Shown here one piece after another: positions 21,363 through 31,651 of a DNA stretch of 64,000 nucleotides. Each line of letters opens with the position of its first letter. The first letter of the stretch is position 1. Made by a program: the position numbers and the translations under genes. Source of the stretch: TPA_inf: Saccharomyces (Eukaryota); contig BK006936.2 of assembly GCA_000146045.2 (NCBI GenBank), positions 576,001-640,000 on the forward strand. The letters run 5' to 3'. A model generated the notes under the pieces. It searched no databases. It was not told where the DNA came from and saw only the letters and a list, made by a program, of their open reading frames with translations.

Positions 21363-22934
21363 ATGTACCAAAATAATGTATTGAATGCTATTTTGGCTTC
21401 TGAAAAATCAAACTTTCAATACGATAGTGGAACAATATTAAGAAACCACAAAAGACCAATAATAACATTTAATAACAACATAGAGCACACAGTATCCGAA
21501 CCTAATAATTTTACAGGCTATGAGGAAAAGGAAGATTTGGATATAATGGATATTTGTCCTTATTACCCAAAAGCAAGAATGCTGGCGGATGCCATTCAAC
21601 ATGCCAAAACGAGCGCAAGTGAAAACAAAATGGAACTATCAATGAAAACTATCCCATGTCTCAAGAAGGAAAACGTCCATGTTGAGAAAGGGCACGATTG
21701 GTCTCAACTCAGTACGAGCAGAATTTGTAAAATTTTAGAAGACATAGCAGATAAAAAAAATAAAACTAGAAGGCAATCTGCCCCATTACAAAAGACGAAG
21801 TATTTCCCAACAAATGAGAATCAAAATACCGATATAGAAAATCAGAATTGGTCCCAAATCCCCAATGAAGACATATGTGCACTTATAGAGAAGATTGCTA
21901 GCAGACGCAATAAAAATCGCAAACGGAAAAATCTTTCATGTTCTAAAGTCCAAGAAATTCAGGGAAATATTGATTTACCCAAAAAAGACGTACAAGAGGG
22001 AGATATTTCAGATTCGTCTCTATTTGCAGCAGTAAGAGGAACCAAAAAAGTTTCCGGATATGATTACAATTCAGAAGATAAGATACCTAATGCGATACGT
22101 CTTCCTTACTGTAAGCAAATATTACGATTATTCTCACTTTTACAAATGAAGAGAAATGACTTAATAGTCACCTCTGAAAATTGTAATAGCGGAGTTTTCT
22201 TCAGCAATTTTAATTATCAACTTCAAGTTAAATCGAATTGTATTGCAAATATTTCTTCTACACTCAGTTTTCTACCCCATCATGAAATAACCGTATACAC
22301 ATCCTTTATTCTCTATCCAAACGTTGTCGATAATATTTGGGAATGCACACGATACGCTATTCAACTTTTGAAGTCCGAAGCAGCACAGTTTACGCTACTG
22401 CGTGATATATATAGTGGCTTCACAATTATACTTTCAAATCATCGATATCATCCTAAGGGTTTTAGCGCTGATTACTGTTACAGTGCAAATGAATTGACAT
22501 TATTTCTTTTTGTTATTCGAACAGGGCAAAAAAAAGTACTTTATCGATCTATTCCTCACAACACAGCAGCAATTGAAAAAGACAGTTCTTTTGATACAGA
22601 AAATAGAAAGAGAAGGTCCGAGGAAGAGGTTGTTCTTAAATGTAGGAAGTGTTCTAATAATTCATTGGCATTAAAAGAAATCAGCACCTATCGTTTGGAT
22701 AGCGCAGAAGGTTTTGAGAAGTCTCAGCCTCTAAAAGATGAAGCAAAGCTCAGTGATATGAATTATGTACAAGGTAGTATCAGCTATAACAGGACTATTC
22801 TTACCGGCTTATGGAAATTATTTCACAGATTGTGCTGCAAAGATCGTTATAGGAAAACCAATCTGTCAGAAACATTGTTCTATGACGATTCAACGGAAAG
22901 ATGGGTTAGAATGGGAGAGTTAATGCACTATTGA
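21363..22934 (+). CDS. Protein of unknown function, 523 aa (YBR184W), with internal tandem repeat
   Basis: 523-aa ORF MYQNNVLNAILASEKSNFQYD... at the expected YBR184W position; no recognisable enzymatic motif; internal repeat described in findings. Confidence 0.85.
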   Translation: MYQNNVLNAILASEKSNFQYDSGTILRNHKRPIITFNNNIEHTVSEPNNFTGYEEKEDLDIMDICPYYPKARMLADAIQHAKTSASENKMELSMKTIPCLKKENVHVEKGHDWSQLSTSRICKILEDIADKKNKTRRQSAPLQKTKYFPTNENQNTDIENQNWSQIPNEDICALIEKIASRRNKNRKRKNLSCSKVQEIQGNIDLPKKDVQEGDISDSSLFAAVRGTKKVSGYDYNSEDKIPNAIRLPYCKQILRLFSLLQMKRNDLIVTSENCNSGVFFSNFNYQLQVKSNCIANISSTLSFLPHHEITVYTSFILYPNVVDNIWECTRYAIQLLKSEAAQFTLLRDIYSGFTIILSNHRYHPKGFSADYCYSANELTLFLFVIRTGQKKVLYRSIPHNTAAIEKDSSFDTENRKRRSEEEVVLKCRKCSNNSLALKEISTYRLDSAEGFEKSQPLKDEAKLSDMNYVQGSISYNRTILTGLWKLFHRLCCKDRYRKTNLSETLFYDDSTERWVRMGELMHY

Positions 22935-23122
22935 AAGGGAGATGCTTCAATAACTTTTTTCATGAAAAACTATTTAATAAATTTAATATATATACTTCAG
23001 AATGAAAAACAAATGAATAGTTTTTACTGAATATGTAAGTGGTATGTGGAATAAGAAACTCAAATGAAGCAATGGCTATTTACAGATGTTCCAAAACTTT
23101 TCGCATTTATATACATATTGCC

Positions 23123-23959
23123 TTAGCTTGGAGGTAAACGATATATATCACCGTTAACTTTCATTCTGTGTATGGCAACTTTAGCATCGTCCTCGTAGCT
23201 TTTCGGTAATTTATCATTTGGTTTACTTTCAAACAAAGATCCCATTAAAATCATATCATTAGTTGTAGCATCACACAAAAAGGCAATATAGTCTACAACG
23301 TCACGGTCTAACGTCTCAGTCTTCTTAGTTTGCTGATTGACTTTAATTAGTCTTTGCTTCGTATCAAATTTGTAAACCAACTGTAAATGCTCTAACGGCA
23401 TTCCGGGAATCATGATTGGTTGCACTGAGACTAGTTTAGGAACTGCATTAAACTTTATCAACTGCCAGTCCAGTGTTGCATTACCTGGAAGTTGACGGGA
23501 CCTAGCCTCGAGAGCTTCCTGAACCCATAATGAAACTAACCCTTTGATGTCCGACAAATTTTTATGAGCAAATGACGTGTTTACATTGATATACGTCTCT
23601 ATGGCTTTGTTTTTCCAGAGTAAAAAAGAAGGTTTAATGCCTGATTGAAAACGAAACAATGCGACTTGAACAGAGTTCAAACCAAACGTGTAAAGTCTTC
23701 TGATCAATGCATTTGCAACAATGAGAGGATGAGCAAATACATTTGGAAGGTTCTTGTAAGCCGAGGGGATAAATATTTCGGCAGCAACACCCAGGTGCCG
23801 AGGATTAAAATCTTGCTGCTTACTTTTATCTTTCTTCTTTGTAGTTTCACTTTCTTTATTCAAAATTAACCTCGAAGTTGAAAATAATCGCCGCTTGTTA
23901 AATGATATCAACAAGGATCTTGGAGGGAAGAAAAGGCATGTAGATCTTAATACACTCAT
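23123..23959 (-). CDS. MBA1: Mba1, mitochondrial ribosome receptor of the inner membrane, 278 aa
   Basis: 278-aa ORF MSVLRSTCLFFPPRSLLISFNKRRLFSTS (mitochondrial presequence-like); matches YBR185C. Confidence 0.88.
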   Translation of the reverse strand: MSVLRSTCLFFPPRSLLISFNKRRLFSTSRLILNKESETTKKKDKSKQQDFNPRHLGVAAEIFIPSAYKNLPNVFAHPLIVANALIRRLYTFGLNSVQVALFRFQSGIKPSFLLWKNKAIETYINVNTSFAHKNLSDIKGLVSLWVQEALEARSRQLPGNATLDWQLIKFNAVPKLVSVQPIMIPGMPLEHLQLVYKFDTKQRLIKVNQQTKKTETLDRDVVDYIAFLCDATTNDMILMGSLFESKPNDKLPKSYEDDAKVAIHRMKVNGDIYRLPPS

Positions 23960-24455
23960 CTCATAAGCTTAGCTGAATGGATAGGCTTGCTTTCTGATGG
24001 AAATTTGCCTTGCTTTTCCAACTATTCCATTACTCAGGTTTTATTTTTTTATTTTGTAATATGGGGAGAAGGCCGGCAGAATATTTACGGACAAATGAAT
24101 AAATTGGATTGGATTGACTAGTGGAACGTGTAAAGATCGCGATACTCCGTACCAATCACCGAAAGATTGCCCGTAACCGAAATGACTCCATTCTCTGAAT
24201 TTTTTGTGAAACCAATATCTGAGACTCTTCCTTCATCTTATCAACGTATTGTTCAGTCAATTAAGTAAGAAGTATATTTGAGCGCAGCCTTAATCATATA
24301 TAGCACCAGTTATATGTTTGCCCCTCTCTTGAGTTGAAAAACACATAATACATAGTACTGTACTTTTCTCTTTTTCATCGTTGGCGAAAATATAATCTTT
24401 CTCAAAAATATATATATATGTATATATATCCTTAGATTTGCCGTTGACAATAAGG

Positions 24456-24465
24456 TGGGCGGCAA
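24456..24465 (+). promoter_or_regulatory. URS1-like (Ume6) element upstream of PCH2
   Basis: TGGGCGGCAA, 9/10 to TSGGCGGCTA with an intact GGCGGC core, ~90 bp upstream of the PCH2 ATG; a second GGCGG lies at 24479-24486. Confidence 0.45.
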
Positions 24466-24552
24466 ATCTACGAAATGCGAGGCGGTTAAAAGAGAGTGAC
24501 AACATTTTCATAAAAATATTCTGATCTCAAACTGAAGACATAAAATAAGGAT

Positions 24553-26360
24553 ATGAGCTACATAGTTGACCTACAAGTGCGAGGATCATCTCTGAGGGTT
24601 ATCAAATGTATGTTTAGAGAGGATGAGCAAATTTCTTCTCTACATTCTGGTTCTGACTCGAAACAAAACAGCAACAAAAAGCTGGGAGAATTTTTGAATC
24701 TGTTAAAAGCAGTGGTCAAGAGGAAGTTGGAAAGTTTCCCAAAAGACCGTTTAAAGACTTCGATTATAACTGGCCAAGAATTAATGAGAGAGGGGCAAGG
24801 AAGTATTGAAATTAAGGATCCACCAACGGAGGCGCAACAACATTTGATTAGAAGCCTAGCAAAAGTTTTATTACACCAGTTTTCAAGCATAAATGGCAAA
24901 GTTAACACAGTAAATGAAGGACAAGATAATTTGTTTCTATCCTTATTCGTTAAAAAAATTTCTATAGAGCAACAGTCCACATCACACGTCTCTATTAAAT
25001 TGAACTTTCATGAGAAAATAAATTTGGGTCAGCACATAGATTCTATTTTAGATTCAGAGGAGACCAACGAGTCGGACACTTATCACATGGGATCTGTTGA
25101 CGAGTTCATTATATATCCCTTTTGCTGTCTGGAAGAGCAAGATGAGCTGAAAAATGGCAGCATACTGTCCACAGAGTTCGACAAGATTGACTTAGAACTA
25201 GACGAGGATGATGGTTTTGAGGGAGAAACTTTAAACAATTGTATCAATTCGGTGGGAAATTTTGACATTCCACTAAGTAAGCAAACACTAAACTTAGTAA
25301 ATATATCATATCTTCCAGGCACAACTTTCGAGGGCCAATGGGAATCGTTGTATTTTGGTAACAATATTAAAGAAAGGTTATATAGCTACGCAACTATATC
25401 TCTCAAGATAGCAAGATTCAAACAAACTGGAGACTCCAATCAAGAAGACATTACAACGCTAATCACAAATAATAAATTACTCCTTGTCCATGGTCCTCCG
25501 GGAACAGGTAAAACAACGTTATGCAAAGCACTTTGCCAAAAATTATCTGTGAGGCGGGAATTTTCAGACGGTTCCGATACCATTGATACTAATTATAAGG
25601 GGATAATAATAGAATTGTCTTGTGCACGCATCTTTTCTAAATGGTTTGGAGAATCGTCAAAAAATATATCAATAGTATTCAAAGACATTGAGGAGCTTTT
25701 AAAGGTCAATGAGGGACGAGGGATCTTTATATGCCTTTTGATAGATGAGGTTGAAGCAATAGCAAGTTCAAGAACAAATTTGTCAAGTAGAAATGAGTCA
25801 ACAGATGGAATCCGAGTTGTGAACACTTTACTTACGCAACTTGACAGGCTGAAAAAATACCATAACTTTTTAGCATTAGCCACGTCTAATTTATTAGATT
25901 CATTAGATGATGCTTTTGTTGATCGAGCAGATGGAGTTTTTTATGTTGGAAATCCAACAGCTGAGGGCATCCTCCACATTCTAAAGGTTTGCATAGAGGA
26001 GATGATAACTTCAGGTATAATTCTTTTTCACGCAAGATCAACTGGAGTCAAGTTCTTCAATAAATATCAGGACATTTTGCGGAAAATTGCTATCAAATGC
26101 TCGGTATGTTTTTTTCTTTTATTCTACTTTTACGATTCTTTTTCTTTCTTTCCTTCTTCATAAAAAAGCACTTTCACTAACTGTCTTTGTCAAACATAAA
26201 TATGCGATCAATATAGACCGTTGATATCAGTGGTAGAACAATAAGGAAATTGCCCTTGATGTGTCTGTCTGAATACTTCCGGACATTTCCTGTAGACGAC
26301 GATGAGTTTGTTCTGGCATTAGCTATGTCAGCGCGGAAGCTGAGCGCAGCGCGGAAGTGA
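24553..26360 (+). CDS. PCH2: Pch2, meiotic AAA+ ATPase (pachytene checkpoint), 564 aa; join(24553..26103, 26217..26360) with a 113-nt intron
   Basis: AAA+ Walker A LLLVHGPPGTGKTTLCKALCQKL and Walker B LLIDEVE; 5'ss GTATGT at 26104-26109; branch-like CACTAAC at 26175-26181; first downstream AG at 26215-26216. The spliced product is 517+47 = 564 aa = YBR186W. The track ORF reads through into the intron. Confidence 0.85.
26104..26216 (+). other. PCH2: PCH2 intron (113 nt), 3'-proximal, non-consensus branch point CACUAAC
   Basis: Splice signals seen; the in-frame join reproduces the known protein length. Confidence 0.8.
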
Positions 26361-26633
26361 CGGAGGAGCTTTTTCCTTTTTTTCGCTTCTTTCTTTTGTC
26401 TCATACTCATGTAGCATACTTTCGCGAACCCTATTCCAACGTTTTGTTGTTGCTCGCTTTCATGCTTAAAATTTTTATTATGTATTTTACGATCAAGGTG
26501 TATCGTGAACCACACGTTTATGAAATCCTTATTTTAGAATCAAAAAGTCCTACAATCTTGTTTGTGGAGTCTATATAAAGCTAAAGTTAGGTTCTACAAA
26601 GCAAGATACAAATACGAGGCCATCGAGTATTCA

Positions 26634-27476
26634 ATGGGAAATATGATAAAGAAGGCATCTTTAATAGCCCTCCTACCGCTGTTCACCGCCGCAGCCGCTG
26701 CAGCTACTGATGCGGAGACATCTATGGAATCTGGGAGTTCTTCACATTTGAAGTCTTTTTTAATGTCCGTTTCTATGATTGGGCTTTCTGAAATTGGTGA
26801 CAAAACCTTCTTGATCGCAGCCTTGATGGCAATGCGTCACAAAAGAGTTCTGGTGTTCTCAGCAGCAGCTACCTCCCTCGCTATTATGACCATCCTTTCT
26901 GGTGTGGTGGGTCATTCAGCCGTTGCTTTTCTTTCTGAACGCTATACAGCATTTTTTGCAGGTATTTTATTCTTAGTGTTCGGTTACAAATTGACTATGG
27001 AAGGTTTGGAGATGTCTAAGGATGCAGGTGTTGAGGAGGAAATGGCTGAAGTGGAGGAAGAAATTGCCATTAAAGACATGAACCAGGATATGGATGATGT
27101 TGAAAAAGGAGGCGACACTGCGTATGATAAACAGCTGAAGAACGCTTCGATTGGTAAAAAAATAGTGCACAGGATTCGCGAATTAGCATCATTTATGTTT
27201 TCCCCAGTTTGGGTTCAAATTTTCCTGATGGTTTTCCTAGGCGAGCTAGGTGACCGTTCACAAATTAGTATTATTGCCATGGCTACTGACAGCGACTATT
27301 GGTATGTTATTGCAGGTGCTGTTATTGGTCATGCCATTTGCTCTGGATTAGCAGTGGTGGGTGGGAAATTATTGGCAACAAGAATTAGCATAAGAACAAT
27401 CACTCTTGCTAGCTCGTTGTTATTCTTCATTTTCGCCTTGATGTATATATATCAAGCATTCACAACTCAGGATTGA
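26634..27476 (+). CDS. GDT1: Gdt1, Golgi Ca2+/Mn2+:H+ antiporter (UPF0016/TMEM165 family), 280 aa
   Basis: Two E-x-G-D-(KR)-(TS) motifs (ELGDRSQ and EIGDKTF); ATG at 26634 (MGNMIKKASLIALLPL) gives 280 aa = YBR187W. Confidence 0.88.
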   Translation: MGNMIKKASLIALLPLFTAAAAAATDAETSMESGSSSHLKSFLMSVSMIGLSEIGDKTFLIAALMAMRHKRVLVFSAAATSLAIMTILSGVVGHSAVAFLSERYTAFFAGILFLVFGYKLTMEGLEMSKDAGVEEEMAEVEEEIAIKDMNQDMDDVEKGGDTAYDKQLKNASIGKKIVHRIRELASFMFSPVWVQIFLMVFLGELGDRSQISIIAMATDSDYWYVIAGAVIGHAICSGLAVVGGKLLATRISIRTITLASSLLFFIFALMYIYQAFTTQD

Positions 27477-27684
27477 GATGGTTTGTAACCGTATTCTTCT
27501 TGGATTCTCTCTTTTTTCTCTTCATATTTAAGTGTGAATCTTGAAAAGAATATTTATAGACATACGTAACTAGTGTACGGCTGATATTTATTTGATGTAG
27601 CTTTTTTTTTTGCTAAGTTCATCGCTTTTCTTTCCCAGCCAACCCAATGAAGTCTTGCGCACGCAATTGGTTGTAATTATCCGA

Positions 27685-28107
27685 TCAGCCGCTATCATCA
27701 TTGTCACGGTCGGGTTCCTGTAATACCCTTTTCCTTATTATTCCCTTAATTTTTTCATTCGTTTTCTTCTCGAGCACTTCCATAATAGGCGCTAATTTGG
27801 CTTTGAGATCGCTGGTTTCGCAAACCTTATCGATGTAACGCTGATGTTCGTTTTTTTGGGGGATAATATATGGCTGACCACTCTCTTTTTGTTTCGTCTT
27901 CTGAATAGTTTCTTGTACAAAACTATTCGTTGCGTTAGAGCTCTGTCCTGTTTGAATCACCGTGTCATATACAGGTTCATTTGAAATATTTAAACCAACA
28001 AAATCATTGGCTTCTTCTTTGCCTGTTTTGCCCAGCTGGTTGATACGGGCACGTAACTGATTTAATTCTTGGTCCCTTTCTAGTGATAAATCTCGCAGAG
28101 AGGGCAT
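27685..28107 (-). CDS. NTC20: Ntc20, Prp19-complex (NTC) splicing factor, 140 aa
   Basis: ATG at 28105-28107 (MPSLRDLSLERDQELNQL) gives 140 aa = YBR188C; the track's 9-codon extension is rejected. Confidence 0.85.
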   Translation of the reverse strand: MPSLRDLSLERDQELNQLRARINQLGKTGKEEANDFVGLNISNEPVYDTVIQTGQSSNATNSFVQETIQKTKQKESGQPYIIPQKNEHQRYIDKVCETSDLKAKLAPIMEVLEKKTNEKIKGIIRKRVLQEPDRDNDDSG

Positions 28108-28287
28108 ACTGGTTGTAAAAAGTAGTCGCAACAAGTAAGTCGTAAAAAAGTAGATGTAATGGAAGGCTTTGAAGGAACGGCTAGCCAGCTTTTCTGTATC
28201 ATTCCTAGCCTAATTGACAGCATCTTGACCTTCTAGTATGGAAACTTTCAATTTCAGAAAGCGGTGTTCCCCGCTGCGACGATTTAA

Positions 28288-28314
28288 TCCGTACATTTAC
28301 ACATCTGTACATTT
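28288..28314 (+). promoter_or_regulatory. Tandem Rap1-like sites in the NTC20/RPS9B divergent promoter
   Basis: TCCGTACATTT and ACATCTGTACATTT (GTACATTT repeated, 17 bp spacing), degenerate versus ACACCCATACATTT, ~200 bp upstream of the RPS9B ATG. Confidence 0.35.
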
Positions 28315-28507
28315 TTCATATTCGCAAAACAAAGGTTACTTGAAAAAATCATAAAGTTGGCGGCTTCAGGTGGACGCGCTTCACTCATGTAGCTTAACAT
28401 TCAATCCCATTAAGCATTATGCATAAATTTCATGAAGTTTACTTAATAAAATTGTTCATTTGCATAGACAAGAAAGAAAGCAACAAGACAACTAAGACTA
28501 AGCAACA

Positions 28508-29508
28508 ATGCCAAGTACGTATTAGACTATATCGAAGAGGAGGGAAATTCTTCACTCTGACTCGTTGATTTTGAAAGAGGTTCGGGTCCTCATAAATATT
28601 TGAGAATATGAAATTCCATAATAGTATACCTTCATTGAGTAGCACGACAACAGCCTGAATTACTATCCATATTATGAATATCTTTATTTACACTGAACTC
28701 CCGACACTTCAGTTAAACAGGGATACATTAGAGATCAAGGTGATCTAATAGGGAACATCTCTCTCGTAACAATGGGACAGTATTTTATTTTCCAAGGCGG
28801 ATACCTAATTATGCGTTTTTAATCATATCTCTACAATATTTATGAGCACTTACTTGGGCCCTTGCAGACTTTTGTTCCGGGAAAACTTTTGACTAACAAG
28901 AATCCAATTTTACTTTTTTTTTTTTAGGAGCTCCAAGAACTTACTCTAAGACTTACTCTACACCAAAGAGACCTTACGAATCTTCTCGTTTGGACGCAGA
29001 ATTGAAGTTGGCCGGTGAATTCGGTTTGAAGAACAAGAGAGAAATTTACAGAATTTCTTTCCAATTGTCTAAAATTCGTCGTGCTGCCAGAGACTTGTTA
29101 ACTAGAGACGAAAAGGACCCAAAGAGATTGTTCGAAGGTAATGCCTTGATCAGAAGATTGGTTAGAGTTGGTGTCTTGTCCGAAGACAAGAAGAAGTTGG
29201 ATTATGTTTTGGCTTTGAAGGTTGAAGATTTCTTGGAAAGAAGATTGCAAACTCAAGTCTACAAGTTGGGTTTGGCCAAGTCTGTCCACCACGCCAGAGT
29301 TTTAATCACTCAAAGACACATTGCTGTTGGTAAGCAAATCGTCAACATCCCATCTTTCATGGTCAGATTGGACTCTGAAAAGCACATTGACTTCGCTCCA
29401 ACTTCTCCATTCGGTGGTGCTAGACCAGGTAGAGTTGCTAGAAGAAACGCTGCTAGAAAGGCTGAAGCTTCCGGTGAAGCTGCTGAAGAAGCCGAAGACG
29501 AAGAATAA
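28508..29508 (+). CDS. RPS9B: Ribosomal protein S9 (uS4), 195 aa; join(28508..28514, 28928..29508) with a 413-nt intron
   Basis: 7-nt exon 1 ATGCCAA followed by 5'ss GTACGT (28515-28520); branch GACTAAC; poly-T then 3'ss AG at 28926-28927. Spliced N-terminus [39 protein letters not shown]..., 195 aa. Confidence 0.9.
28515..28927 (+). other. RPS9B: RPS9B intron (413 nt)
   Basis: GTACGT 5'ss; GACTAAC branch variant; 14-nt poly-pyrimidine tract; AG. Confidence 0.85.
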
Positions 29509-29915
29509 ATAATTCGCTGATTTCATAACTGTATAATAAATTTTATAACTTTTCAAATCACGGATCATTTTTCATTTTACTTTGTCATTTTTATTTCATT
29601 TGAAAATGGGTAGAGGTACATAACTGGCGCTTTTCTTGCAAGATGACATGGCATTGGATGACACAAGTATTACTCAATACCCAACGTAAATAGCTAGAAG
29701 ATTTTGATCGGATTTAAATTCCCAACTGCAACTCAGTAGCGTTTAGGATTTTACACCTTGGCTTGGAGAAATCCTTATTGTCAGAAATTGAAGCCGTTAA
29801 TATTTAAAGGCTAATTCTCCATGCCATCTTGCATTCACTTTGGTATATATCTCTTGACCTCAATATATCTCGATAATATAAATCGCAATATTATACTTGT
29901 TAGTCTGACAGTTTT

Positions 29916-29946
29916 ACACCTGTACATCTTCACCATCACCACACCC
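29916..29946 (+). promoter_or_regulatory. Rap1-like site plus ACACCC/T-rich element upstream of RPL21A
   Basis: ACACCTGTACATCTT (12/15 to the Rap1 consensus) followed by CCACACCCTTTTTT, ~340 bp upstream of the RPL21A ATG. Confidence 0.35.
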
Positions 29947-30269
29947 TTTTTTACTGGAGGCAAGGATGAGTTTGAATATCGCCTTTTTCCCAGCCGCTAG
30001 AACATGCTCAGAACCGAGGAAAAGCACCGCTGCCAAACCTCCTTTGATGTGTTGGCCCACCGCTACTAGTGGCCGTGCTGGAAGCCCAGGCAGCGGTGGG
30101 GGCCACAATACGAGAGCTGGAAAGGTAAACGGTCTCTGCGCCTCTGTGAAATTTTATCACCAATGGAGTGTCATGTCTGGTAAAGATAATATAGAAAGTA
30201 GTGTGCAATTTCAGGCATTACCGATTGAACTTTGGAATAAGAGAACCAAGACAAAAATAACTAGCAACA

Positions 30270-31140
30270 ATGGGTAAATCGTATGTCATTTAATCCTATG
30301 AATCTACAGCACGAACGAATCATGGTATCTCAAACCGAACATATCGTCACAGAAATAAAAAGATTTAAAGACGTGTCTAGTGTGAATAAAGCAAACATAT
30401 CATTAGAGCAAAATATTGGGCAGATAAGATGATGCTACACTGATTCTGAGAAAATTACGTGACATGATAGGCTTTTAACGGGCTGTAAGTCATTAGTTTA
30501 CAGTCGTTGCTTTGAAAATTAGTTCAACATTAGAAGTGTAGTAATTACAAGCCCTTTTTCCAAACATTCGGTTATGTGCTGGGACGCATCTCAGAAACTC
30601 GCAAAACAATAGAATACTAACATGATTTCTTATAAATCTTAATTTTGATTTATTTCCTTATAATACAGACACGGTTACAGATCTCGTACTCGTTACATGT
30701 TCCAACGTGACTTCAGAAAGCATGGTGCCGTCCATCTTTCTACTTACTTGAAGGTCTACAAGGTTGGTGACATTGTCGACATCAAAGCCAATGGTTCTAT
30801 CCAAAAGGGTATGCCACACAAGTTTTACCAAGGTAAGACCGGTGTTGTCTACAACGTTACTAAGTCTTCTGTTGGTGTTATCATCAACAAGATGGTCGGT
30901 AACAGATATCTAGAAAAAAGATTAAACTTAAGAGTTGAACACATCAAGCACTCCAAGTGTAGACAAGAATTTTTGGAAAGAGTTAAGGCCAATGCTGCTA
31001 AGCGTGCTGAAGCTAAGGCTCAAGGTGTTGCTGTTCAATTGAAGAGACAACCAGCTCAACCAAGAGAATCCCGTATCGTTTCTACTGAAGGTAACGTTCC
31101 TCAAACTTTGGCCCCAGTTCCATACGAAACTTTCATCTAA
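30270..31140 (+). CDS. RPL21A: Ribosomal protein L21 (eL21), 160 aa; join(30270..30280, 30669..31140) with a 388-nt intron
   Basis: 11-nt exon 1 ATGGGTAAATC followed by 5'ss GTATGT (30281-30286); TACTAAC branch near 30612; 3'ss AG at 30667-30668. Spliced N-terminus [25 protein letters not shown]..., 160 aa. Confidence 0.9.
30281..30668 (+). other. RPL21A: RPL21A intron (388 nt)
   Basis: Canonical GTATGT...TACTAAC...AG. Confidence 0.88.
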
Positions 31141-31651
31141 TTTACCCGATGCTGGTTTTGTATCGAAAAAGATTTTCAGGTTTTAGGTTTTATTTTTTGT
31201 CTATTTTTAAATATATAATATAATAAAAAATAAATTGTGTCTAATATCCATAATTTGTACATTTAGATTATTTCTTTTGGTTCTTTATTCTGACCTATAT
31301 AGACTACTCAACACAGTCACTTCATGTCATCCAGATATTACTTGCGTTGAGCATCTCTTTTGAATCCTCGCTTCGGGCTCTCTCTTAGTGAAAAATTAAC
31401 CTTACGCCAAAATCCAAGAAGTAAAATTAAAAAGAATAATGGTAAAAGTCTAACTTCACATAGAGAATTCAACTTTGTATAAAGGGGTAGCCTTGTTCTC
31501 TATAGAAACTGTTCTTTGAAGTACTGCTAACTGAGGTAAAAAAATCGGACGATTTTGTCTTTACGTGGTCCTATATTTATTGTGTCAAAGTCACCTACTT
31601 ACTTACATAGTTGACCATTCTCATATCCCATAATTTTTCAAGGAGATAAAG

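Noticed and set aside
24553-26163. Track ORF of 536 aa for PCH2 ending ...CSVCFFLLFYFYDSFSFFPSS
   Set aside because: The tail is translation of the intron. Replaced by the spliced model join(24553..26103, 26217..26360), which gives the known 564 aa.
28571-28590. tRNA B-box-like GGTTCGGGTCC, plus TTTCGATCCC at 19755-19765
   Set aside because: I scanned the intergenic regions for GGTTCGANTCC-type B boxes and found only these. The first is inside the RPS9B intron and neither has a matching A box or a foldable acceptor stem within 70-90 nt. No tRNA is called in this window.
29966-30277. 103-aa + strand ORF (position of dubious YBR190W) overlapping the RPL21A promoter and exon 1
   Set aside because: Its last codons overlap the RPL21A ATG-containing micro-exon in another frame. 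The sequence is Gly/Pro/Ser/Ala-rich, GC-skewed promoter DNA; unlikely to be coding.
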